DNA of 48,124 nucleotides from Hyphochytrium catenoides (lineage: Eukaryota; Protista; Hyphochytriomycota): the NCBI GenBank assembly GCA_900088475.1, contig FLMG01001141.1:1-48124 (forward strand), read 5' to 3'. Each line of letters opens with the position of its first letter. Within the stretch, counting starts at the first letter, position 1. The notes beneath the pieces were generated by a model. It had not been told where the DNA came from, made no database searches, and saw only the letters and a program-made list of their open reading frames with translations. Positions 1 to 10,379 of this stretch are shown one piece after another. Both the position numbers and the translations under genes were made by a program.

Positions 1-1816
1 AGTAGTCTAGTTAAATCATGAAGGCGTCAGAGACAACGCTGGCCAATTGGTGGCATGGGAGGAGGAGCAGCTATTTCGGATCTATCGGCTGGTATAATAC
101 TGGTTGTTCGTTGATCTACCAACATACATATCTGTGCTCCTTACTGCGCTTCATCGCATGCTAACCGGTACAAATTTCGCAGCACCTGTTGGTCTCCAGA
201 TTCTCCCTCGTCTACGGTTTAATCCATTCACTTGTACTGTTCTTATCCTCAGGCCAAGTTGCATAGCTCCGTTCCGTCTATTTATTTGTTCCCTCTGACG
301 AGAATGGATTCATTCATGAAGAAGAAGGAGACAACAGGTTTGAGGTGGGTTTCTGTCAAAGGCGTTAGCAAAAGAAGCTTGTGGCCTTGTGTTCCAAGTG
401 TCCTCCCATGCCCCTCTGCTCTTCTGCTTGCGAAGGGCTCCTACACGTAGTAGCAGCGTTTCATCCCATTCCTGGGTCTTTTTTTTTTTCTCTGTAACCC
501 CCGTTGCACAGAGTTTTGCCCGGCACCTCACCTAACTCATCATCATAATCTCGCCAATGATCGGAAGAACATGATGATGACTGTCAACAATGAGGATTGA
601 ACGAAGAGACAAAGAGAGAGACAACATTTAGGCAAGAATAGGGACTGAAGAACATTAACTAGTTATAGACACGTCTAGCGTATACACGAGACATGAAAGA
701 GAAAGAGTGCTATGGAAGAGAAAGCTGATAGAACAAAGAGAAGCAATGAGGTGATAGAGAGCGCTGGAATAAGCTAAACGTTGACGCTCAGGCCAAAAAA
801 GGAAGGAAAGCTGCTACTTAGAAATTGGTTAACAGACAACTGGAAATAGCAGAGGGAGAGAACTGGCAAGTAGGAAGCTGAAGTCTTGGCGTTGAAAGGT
901 ATTTCAAGAAGATAGAGAGAAAATTAAGAAGGAGAAGGAAAGGCAGAGAAATAATGAGCGAGGACTTGGCAGATAGAAAGGGGGAGGTGGAAAACGGTTA
1001 CAGCAGACCTGATTGAGAAGATGAGCAGCCCCGAGTATCGCCAGTGAGAGAGTAGTAGAAAAGATAGGGAGTGAGACTGATGGAGGGAAGAGACCAAATA
1101 AAGCAGAAGCAACCGGGAGCGGCGGTGCCAACAACAACTAGGTATCAATTAATCCATTCATTCATAAAAAGGCGACCATCGCAAGAAGAAGGAAAGAAGG
1201 ATGGGGGGCCGAGAAGCCTGTCAGGAAAATGGGAGAGAAATAGATATTCTAGCCACTAAGGCAACAGAGACACACGAAACGGAGGCAACAAGGAAAGGAG
1301 AATGTAGACGTGGAGACAATCTGAGAGAGCGTTAGAGGAAGAGCTAATCAGAGGAAGAGTTAAAAAGCACTGAAAGAGTAGTGTGGGGGCTTCCCAAGAA
1401 AGCGCGAACAATAAAGAGCCTTTAAAGCGCTAACTCAAAAGAGAGCAAGAGGGCCGCCGCTTAAAGTTGTCTAGGAGAATAGAAGAGTGGGCAAGTAGGA
1501 GAGAGGCAGATGCCGGATGGAATGGAGAACTCTTTACTGTTTGCTGTTTTTCAGTTCAATAAACGAGGGGAAAGTATTGCAGGAAACGGGGAAAACTTGG
1601 GGAGGAAGTATAGAAGAGGACAGCCCAGACGGCGTACTAATGAGCTCTTTATACCTAAATGTGAATGATGCAAAAGGCAGAGAGATTAAGAGGACAGAGG
1701 GGTTACCGGACAGGAAGAGAGAGAGAGAGAGAGAGCAGCGGAGGCAGGCAAAAGCTTGACCGAAGAGAATAGCAGGAACAGGAGAACGGGAGAACGGGAA
1801 AAAGGGAGAATATTGA

Positions 1817-3359
1817 ATAGACAGAGAGAGGGAGAAGGGGAGAGTTACTTGCAAAAACTTGAAGACAAACAAAAAGAGAGAAAGAGGGAGAGCAAGCCTG
1901 AAACGAAGGATCTAAAGGAGATGCTGAATTCGAGAGAAAGACGGCAGAGTGAGGAAAGGAAAGAGAAAGACAATAGAGAATGGGCAAACAAGAGTAATTG
2001 ATAATAAGATGCTGCAATAAGACGGCCATCCTGGACAGCTTACCATCAGAAATGAGAGTCGTCTAAGGCTATATTGACTCCCGGTTTTGTTTCCTAAAGT
2101 CTGCTGCTCATTACAGTGTCGACGGCAGCAGGCACGACCAAACGCGTCAGATGGTAATCAAACAGAAGAGAGAGAATATACATTCATAAAAGAGATACAA
2201 GTTGGGGTGCAGGCTAAAAGAGGAGAGGACAACAAGAAGGCGAGCGGAAGGCTACTCGTGACAGCTTTATTGAGGCTGCTTCTTAGACGGGAAGAGGAAG
2301 AATGGAAAAGATGTAATGGGCTTCAGAGCGGATGCGGCGGTGCTTCCGAAAGGAATAGGTGAGCCATTTTTGAAGAAGTCTCTGATGGCTGCGCGAAGAA
2401 GAGGAGTTGGGGGTAGCCACTATTGATAAGCTACGCTTTTCCATGTGTGCTGCACAATAGCGCCGTCTCTATGAAAAGCAGACTAGCCGGGAACCCAGCA
2501 ATAGAGTACTACGCAGAGGAGAGCTTAGAAAGCAAGCAACAAGAAGCCAAAGAAGAAGAGGTGGACCTCGATAGCAATACGTACGAGCAGCAGGGGGAAG
2601 AAGAAAAGAAAGAGAAAGAAGAGGAGAGGGCATAAATTCGCTGGAACGCCGCCGGTGTTACCGCAGCAGCACCAGGAGTTCAGTTTCTCTATAAGAAATG
2701 CTTCATCTCGCCTTATTGCTCCTAGTAACCGCCACCCGACACTGCGCGTCCCACCAACAAGAGCTAGCGGGCTAAAAGAAAGGAGCTAGGAGTCAAAGGT
2801 GGCCCTTTAGTGACCAGAATATGACTAGATCTGTGCCTCTTCTCCTCAATTCCGCTCAGTCCCATCTTGCTAAGTCCTCTTCTTTTCTCGCTGCCCTCAC
2901 AGTTCTTCATCTCTCTTCTCTCTATCGTTCTCTCTCTCTCTGATACTGTCTCACACGCCCCAGCTTCTCTCCTTTTTCTTGCACTTCTCCCCCTCTCTCT
3001 CTCTCTCCCTCCTAACCCTAACGGTAACCAGGCACAGGATGGATCGTGGTTGCAGCAAGCACTACCTATGACTGTTGGCATGCCTTTTGATGCTTGCACA
3101 GCAGCCCTTTGGTCCGCTTCTGTCCTCTTCTGCTTTCTCTTCTTCTTGCTCTCTCTCTTCTCTTTCTCTCTCTCTTCATCTCCCTCTTTCTCTCTCCCGT
3201 CACCTTTTTAATTCTCTCTTTTCTCTCTCCTTCCACTCTCTCTTTCCTCCTCTCTCTCTCACGCTTTCTTCCTCCCTCTCTCAAGACAAAAGCTCCGCAC
3301 CTGGTCTGTTAGGCTGCTGTTGGTTCCTCTGCTGGAAAGCTTCATTATCAGTACTCGTA
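1817..3359. repeat. Copy 1 of a ~1.54-kb diverged direct duplication (copy 2 at 4522-6068)
   Basis: Both copies start ATAGACAGAGAG(A/G)GGGAGAAGGGGAGAGTTACTTGCA and end GCTGGAAAGCTTCAT(T/A)ATCAGTA. They are colinear throughout, with substitutions and small indels. Confidence 0.95.
2320..2790 (-). pseudogene. Decayed hAT-superfamily transposase C-terminal (dimerisation) region, repeated at ~5020-5500
   Basis: Allowing frameshifts, the minus strand gives in order: FSPLA..WWDAQ (2742-2775), LLLSVPAS(S)AFIE (copy 2, ~5175-5215) and HRRIS/LKPIT (copy 2, 5022-5052). This matches the hAT dimerisation pattern pL.WW...L.iPASS...ER.FS...RR..L.p.t. Confidence 0.45.
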
Positions 3360-3769
3360 GCCTAATGATTAGAAAGTATTCGTGGGGTTTCTCCTTTCCT
3401 CTTCATCCAAGCTGCTGCTGCTGTCTGTGTAACAATGTGGTCGCAGCTGGAGAATAAGCGAGCGGCACGTCTGGTCGGTTCCAAAGGAGAAGCAGCGGTG
3501 ATGGACAGGGGCGAAAACTGCTGTAGTTTTCACTGAATATTGCCGCACACCACGCGGGGTATAAAAGTACTAAGCTGATTTTTTGGTACCAATATCAATT
3601 TTTCGTTCTGTTAGTTCCCAAGGGGCGATTGTTTGGAGAGATGCCCAGCAGTTTTGACCCCCAAATAACCTCCCCTTAGTTCTGCCTCTCGGGCCCTCCC
3701 TGATAATAACGGACCAACTCGATGGACCAGGCTGAGAAGAGAAACAGAGTTGTTCTATGAGTCTGATGG

Positions 3770-4115
3770 GTCCTACGTTTCTCTGCCGCCTGTCTCTGGT
3801 TCTCCCCTATGATGTACCAACTCCACAATGGACTGGTCTGAGAGAAGAGCTCATTCAATATTTGTCGAGTCTGAGACCAGCGGACGGACAGGTTCACTCG
3901 TCTTTGGTGTCTACCACTCCGTACTATCTTGTCTGTTCTACGACCCAGTCAGACTGATGAGCAAATATTATGCAAATATCCTACCTTTCTCTTCTGCCTC
4001 TCTCTAGTTCTATCGTGTAACAATGAACCAGCTCCGCAACGGACCGGTCTGAGAGAAGTTCAGTCTAAGACCAGAGGACGGACAAGCTCACTTGTTTTCT
4101 ATGCTACTACCTTTT
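3770..4115. repeat. Imperfect local direct repeat (3770-3920 vs 3980-4115; partial third copy near 3679-3745)
   Basis: Shared blocks: TCCTAC(G/C)TTTCTC...TCTCT(G/A)GTTCT...ACCA(A/G)CTCC(A/G)CAA(T/C)GGAC(T/C)GGTCTGAGAGAAG and GTCT(G/A)AGACCAG(C/A)GGACGGACA(G/A)G(T/C)TCACT. Confidence 0.75.
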
Positions 4116-4521
4116 CTGTCCTTCTGGACACGTAAACTGTGGGGCCTTGCCCGCCTACCTGTCCATTGTGGCTCCTCGCCTGCCTCTTCTTTCTCCGTGC
4201 TTCTGACTAATGTCTCTCCTCCGTCCTTTCTGCATATCATCATAGGTAACAGCGGCGGACTTCTGCTCCTCTATCTTCTTTCTAGTACCTGGACGAGGCT
4301 GTCTGCTGTATCGTAAGATAGAACAAATGGGGAAGAATGACTGGAACCAACCATCATTTACTTCTAAACAAGCTCAAGTCTGTGACAGACAATTCCACCT
4401 CTGCTGGTTCTTTAGTTAGGGTGCTTGCGTCACTTTGCCACGAGCTGCCGTCAGAGCTTTTGGCACTCAAAGAGCTGCCCGACACGCGGGAAAGGGGACA
4501 CTTCTCTCCGCTCATATATAT

Positions 4522-6068
4522 ATAGACAGAGAGGGGGAGAAGGGGAGAGTTACTTGCAGAAAATTGAAGACAAACAAAAAGAGAGAAAGACGGAGAGCAA
4601 GCCTGAAACGAAGGATCTAAAGGAGATGCTGAATTCGAGAGAAATACGGCAGAGCGAGGAAAGGAAAGAGAAAGACAATACAGAATGGGCAAACAAGAGT
4701 AATCTATTATAGGATGCTGCGATAAGACTGCCACCCCGGACAGCTTACCATTAGAAACGAGAGTCGTGTAAGGCTATATTGACTCCCGATTTTGTTTCCT
4801 CTAAAGTCTGCTCCTCGTTACAGTGTCGACGGCAGCAAGCAGGACGAAACGCGTCAGATGGTAATCCAACCGAAGAGAGAGAGTGTACATTCATAAAATA
4901 GGAAATGTAAGTTGGGGTGCAGGCTAAAAGAGGAGAGGACAACAAGAACGCGGACGGAAGGCTACCCGTGACAAATCTGATGAGGCTGCTTGTTAGACGG
5001 GAAGAGGGAGAAGGCAAAAGATGTAATGGGCTTCAGAACTAATGCGGCGGTGCTTCCGAAAGGGATAAGTGAGCCAGTTGTGAAGGAAACTCTGATGACT
5101 GAGCGAAGAAGAGGAGTTGGGGGTGGTCGCTATTGATAAGCTACGCTTTTCCATTTGTGCTGCACAATAGCTCCATCTCTATGAAAAGCAGACTAGCCGG
5201 GACACTCAGTAATAGAGTACGACGCAGAGGAGAGCTTACAAAGCGAGCAAGAAGAAGCCTAATAAGAAGAAGAAGAGGTGGACCTCGATTGCAATACGTA
5301 CGAGCAGCAGAAGGAAGAAAAGAAAGAGGAAGAAGAGGGGAGGACATAAATCGCTGGAACGCCGCCGGTGTTACAACCACCGCAGGACCCTGAGTTCGCC
5401 CTTCTCAAAAGGAACTGCTTCATCTCGCCTTATTGCTCCTAAATAACCGCTACCCGCCACTGCCCTGTCCACCAACAAACAAGAGCTAGGGGGCTAAGAG
5501 AAAGGAGTGAGGAGTCAAAGGTGGCCCTTTAGTGGCCAAGAATATCACTAGATCTGTGCCTCTTCTCCTCATTTCCTCTCAGTCCCATCTTGCTAAGTCC
5601 TCTTCTCTTCTCTCCGCCCTCAATAATTCTTCATCTTTCTTCTCTCCATCGTTCTCTCTCCTCTCTGTTACTGTCTCACACGCTCCTGCCACTTCTCCCC
5701 CTCTCTTCCTCTTTCGATCTCTCTCTCTTTCTCCTTTTTAACCCTAACGCTAAGGAGGCACAGGAGCGTGGCTGCAAGCACTACCTATAATTGTTGGCAG
5801 GCCTTTTGATCCTGGCACTATGGCCCTTTGTTCGGCGTCTGCCCTCCTCTTGTTTTTCTTGTTTCTCTCTCTCCCTCTTTCTCTCTCTTCAACTCCCTCT
5901 TTGTCTCTCCCGTCTCACCTATAATTCTCTCTTTTCTCTCTCCTCTGACTCTCTCTTTCCTCTTCTCTCTCTCATCCTTTCCTCCCTCTCTCAAGAAACA
6001 AACTCCGCTCCTGGTCTGGTAGGCTGCTCTTGGTTTATCTGCTGGAAAGCTTCATAATCAGTAGCGTA
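4522..6068. repeat. Copy 2 of the ~1.54-kb direct duplication
   Basis: Aligns by eye to 1817-3359. Preceded by a short (TA)n run at 4514-4523. Confidence 0.95.
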
Positions 6069-6399
6069 AAGTTGCTTCTCTCCCTACTACTATCTTACTT
6101 ATCTTTGTTGCACTCTTATCTAAGGACTTAAAGGGTATAAGTGGTCGCTCAGTGGTGATAGCTCCTAGGTAGGAACTTTGGTAAGTTAGCTATAAGAACT
6201 CTAGTCAAGAGCTTGATGAGCACTTGTCAGTCGATAAATTCATTCATACATCATTCTCCTACGGAGAGCAGAAATCCAGCACTACCACCTCTCAATCAAT
6301 CAGCATGCAACTAAAAGGTTTCAGCTCAGGTATCAGCGCAGCTTCGGTGCCGTTCTACGTCCCCGCTTAGTGTCAGTCTTGATTCCAACAACCGCACTA

Positions 6400-9090
6400 T
6401 ATTGCAAGTGGACGCCAGCCCTGGTACGTGTCGTGGTGCCGGCATTGGTGCCCGCGTGGTGCTCGCGTTGGTGCCAGTCTTGCTGCCGGCTATAAGTGCC
6501 ATCTTTCATGGTAGCCTGGCCTCAGTCATTGTGCAAACCTTAGGCACAGCCCACCTAAGTTGGCAACCGCAAGCGCTGGGATAGGCTGAAGCCACGGTCT
6601 CCGCCTAAGCCTAAAACGATAGCCTGGGACAGCCATAGATGCAGCCTTAGCTGGCTAGAGATCCGCCTTGATAGCCACCTTTAAGCCAGCCTTGTATGCC
6701 TGCCTTAAATGCTCGTGTAATTGAAGGTAGGGGTCGCCGCATGTGGCCAGCTACCCAGTCTAGGTGCCAGCCTGAAAACCAGCATAAGTGCCCTCTTTGA
6801 CGAGAATCTGTTAGATCCCGCTTGGTGCCAGCGATGCTTACTGCTTTGGTCCGAGCCTAGGTTCCCAGTCTCAGAGCCAGCCCTACGATCCAGCCTAGGT
6901 ACCAGCCTTTGGGGCATTGTCATAACATCACAAGAGACAAGAGGAACATTGTCATCCGCAAAATATTAGGGCATTCTGAGTGCGTAATAAGAGATGGAGG
7001 TCCTTGGTCTTTCCTGATAAGCTTGGACCAGTACCGTTTGGATTGGTCGGAAGCAATTAAGTCCAGAAGCATGAGCACTGACGCTCTTTATACAGGCGAT
7101 ACCATGCTCCAGCTTCAACACGAAGAGTCGTGTACTTCAGCAGTAAGTAGTTGTTCAAGCAGAGTTGTTCACAAGCACCTTAGCCTTCCTTATCATACAG
7201 TTGGTCCCATGGTGCTGCGTATGAGCGCAGGTGACTGTGTCAGTCCTCCCATTTTATGTAGCAATCTTTACAGAAAGTAGCGGTATCATTTCTTCTTCCA
7301 AAGGACTAGTAGTGTCTGTCTAAAGCAGCATTGTTGGTCGGGTAAAGACACAAGTGCTAGACACGTTAGTATAGACTGATCTTACCTTGCGGTCTGCATG
7401 GGCAAGATCAGACACAGAAGGCGGGCCTCGCGGCACTGAAAAGCGTGGTAATGTCTACAGTCACGTGCTAACTCAAACCTATAAAGATTTGTAGTAGTTA
7501 ACCTGTCTCCAGCTAGAAGCACCAGTGATTTGTAGGGACAGACCAAGGGAGAGAGAAGGCAGAAAGTATTGCTGCCGTAAAGGTAAGACGAAGCTCAGGA
7601 TGGGAGCTCAGTGTTTGACCGTAAGTTTTACCCTCAATATTGTCCCCGCCTAGGGACTTGCCAGCCTTTTGCAGTTGTTGATGTCTTTCAGCTTGCTGTC
7701 AACCTTCGGTGGTGCCAGATTATGTGCCAGCATGTGCCAACATAAGTGCCAAACAGCATAGGTGCTGGCCTACGTTCCAGCCTTATATACTATACTTGCC
7801 AATTTTTTAGGTGTTAGTCTAGGTATCAAGCGGAGGTACTAGTAGCCTATGTGTCAGCGTAGGCGTCCGGCTAAGTACCGCATAGAAACTAGTATTGTAC
7901 GCGACAATCTCAAATGACATCTAGATAGCTGCCTTAGGTGTTAGATTAAACGCCAGCCTTGATACTGAATAGTTGTCAAGCCTTGCCGTCGGACTTACGT
8001 GCCACCGGACAACCCATCTAAGTGCTAAGATACGCGTACAGGTGAGGTGCAAACTCCTGCGTGTTGGTCTAGGTTGCCAGAGGCCCCGCCCCCCCTTAGC
8101 GCCAGTCATGGTGGTAACCGTGAGGTGGAGCTTAGATACCAGCCTCGATACTACTAGCCTACGCTTCCAGATTAGGTTCAAACTCTTACGTGTTGATCTA
8201 GTTGCTATAGGCCTCCTACTTAGCGCCAGTCGTGGTGGCCAGTGGAGGTGGTGCAGCCTAGGTACAACTTTTGATGCCAGCCTACGACGTTGTAGGCCGG
8301 AAAAGACCATTGTCGGTGTCAAGATGTATACGCCTTGGTGTTGGATTTGATGCCAGTCTTGCGGCCAGCCTTAGTAAGTATTTGTCGAACTCGCAGCGTA
8401 CGTCTCAATCTCGGTACTATGGTTATTAGGTATTGGCCTAGGAGGCCACTTGATTGCATGGCGTGGGCCGACAGTAATTGCCCGCTTAGTTACCATCATC
8501 CCAAGGTGTCCAGCACCTCAGATCACCGGCAGTCGCAGATATAGCTTAATTGACCTCCTTGCTGTCAGCCCCGGTGCCAGGATAGGTGGCTGCCTAGATA
8601 AACATTGTAGGTGCCAGTCTGTTATTAGCTCCGGCCTTTGGGCCAACGTACTAGTTAAGTACCAGCATTTGCTGATCTTCTGCCCTTGGGTTATTAGGGT
8701 CAACTTGCCTCGGTGTCGGCCCAGATGCCACCCTTAAGACCGCACTTAGTTGCTATCTTGCTTAAGTTATAAACCCTAATACTAAGCGGCATGTAGCAGC
8801 TTAGACAATGCCAAGCCTCATAGCAGTATTATGTGGAAGCCAACTACCTGTCATACTCACAACCAGCTTTAGTTGTCAGCGTAACTTGTCGTCCAGGCTG
8901 GCCACACCTGGTGCTAACCTACTAGGTGTGGCCAATTCCCAGCCTTAGGGCCAGCCTAAATGCCAGCCTTAGGTACCGTCTCCGGAGGCCACCTGGTTCT
9001 TGCTCTTGGTGTCGACGCCTAGGCGCCCGCGTATGTTCCAGTCTACTTGTCAGGCTAGCTGTATCCGGCGTAGTTTTCAGCAAAGATTAT
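6400..9090 (-). pseudogene. Decayed mucin-like surface-protein gene: degenerate 12-bp repeat (plus-strand consensus ~GGTGCCAGCCTW) at ~6400-6910 and ~7700-9090, around a non-repetitive Cys-rich segment
   Basis: Units such as GGTGCCGGCATT/GGTGCCCGCGT/GGTGCTCGCGTT/GGTGCCAGTCTT at 6435-6481 read LAPTRAPTRAPMPAP on the minus strand with one frameshift. The middle segment gives GACEQLCLNN (7148-7179) and ITHSECPN, which are PAN/apple-like. Many stops. Confidence 0.5.
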
Positions 9091-9239
9091 GACCAGATTA
9101 GTGGTCTTCTTCTGCTCACCTGGATGACGTGACAGAGTATGCAATGTATGACATGCCTCTGGCTGGGGACATCAAACTGGTGCTTGACAAAACTAGCCTG
9201 GGAGATCTCCTTGCCGCATAGCTGGGTCAAGCTGGAGGA

Positions 9240-9870
9240 GGCTCTTGAGGGACAGAAATTAGGTCGTCGTAGCAGTGGGTTATGTGGGCGCTTGGCCTAG
9301 CGAATGTTCGGGAGTGGTAGTTGGAGAGCCTCCCGCCTGTTTAGGCCCTACCATTCTCGCCGAAGTGTCTGGGTCTCGGCCCCCATGAGGCAGTACTCCG
9401 ACCTTCTGAGGAGGAAAAAGTAGGCCAGAATAGTGAGGCTCCATACGAGTTGGTGGTGTGGTGTGGACCAAGAATAGAGTTCGAGAAGCGCAGCAGGATT
9501 GGACCGGCTACGGGCTGCTTCTCAGTAGTGGGAGCGGATTCGGCTAGGGCCCAGTCTTAGGAGCGCGAAGCCCGGGGTGAGAGGAATGTCCCGCGCGTGG
9601 AAGAAGAGTTGAAGCCAGAGAACTGCGCTGAGCTTCCAAAGGGTGGTGGCCTTTGTGTTGCCGTCCTGGGCATCTCGTTGGAACCATATTCTCCGCAGTA
9701 AGCAGCGAAAGCGGGAAGGTGCTCAATATTTCTATTCGCTGCTGCATGGGGGTAGTCAGCTGTGCCTGCCTGCCTTCTCTATTGCCACTGTGTCTAGGTT
9801 CTGGGCAGGCGCCAAAGGCTGAGGCTGACCGAGCAAATCTGAGTCTGAGCAGCGATGGCAGCCCCATCCC
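9240..9870 (-). mobile_element. Frameshifted tyrosine recombinase relic (DIRS/Ngaro- or Crypton-like)
   Basis: Joining frames gives LPAFAAYCGEYGSN / GNTKATTLWKLSAVLW...PLTPGFALLRLG / PTTEKQPVAGPILLRF / HHQLVWSLTILAYFFLLRRSEYC (9391-9455). The last block is the box I R..SE motif of eukaryotic YR elements. Box II (HxxR...Y) was not found. Confidence 0.85.
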
Positions 9871-10379
9871 GTAAAGGCAGCCACCGCGTGCCAAAACAAA
9901 TGCGCTGATATTTTTTTAGTAAAGCATCTTCAACAGTACCCTTTCTCTTGGTCGCCTACTCGAGAGTTATGATGGTCTTGTGTGCCCTCTCTTCTTCCTC
10001 TCTCTCTCCGATTGTAAGTGCTGAAGAAATCAGCTATGATGACTCCTTTCCTATCTTGATGGCGGACCGGGCATTAGATACACCAAGACTTCGTAGCAAG
10101 GTTCTCCTTTTATTGTTATGATTGCTTCTATCCTTTTCTTTAATTTCCTTGCCTTTTCTGGAAGTACTTATTCAGAAGCAGCAAGAAAAAGCAATGCCCG
10201 CCATATATACAGTAGGGTGGTGATTTTAGAGACAGAAGAATGCCCGGGATGAGAGGGGACATACAGTCAAGGGAGGTGATAGGGAGCTCAATATCGAAGA
10301 AACAGTGTCAAAAGCAGCGGAAGAAAGAAGTACCAGGAAGCTATTGAAGGCTCACCCTATACAACGTATTAGGGGCTAG

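Noticed and set aside
4480-4523. Terminal inverted repeat of a TA-inserting element ending at the (TA)n run
   Set aside because: No matching inverted partner found in the window.
900-6060. Numerous 60-126-aa Leu/Ser- or Arg/Glu-rich ORFs
   Set aside because: Artefacts of purine/pyrimidine tracts. Frames are not conserved between the duplicate copies.
6400-9090. CRISPR-like array
   Set aside because: Units are short, contiguous and degenerate, with no conserved repeat/unique spacer alternation and no cas genes. The context is eukaryotic.
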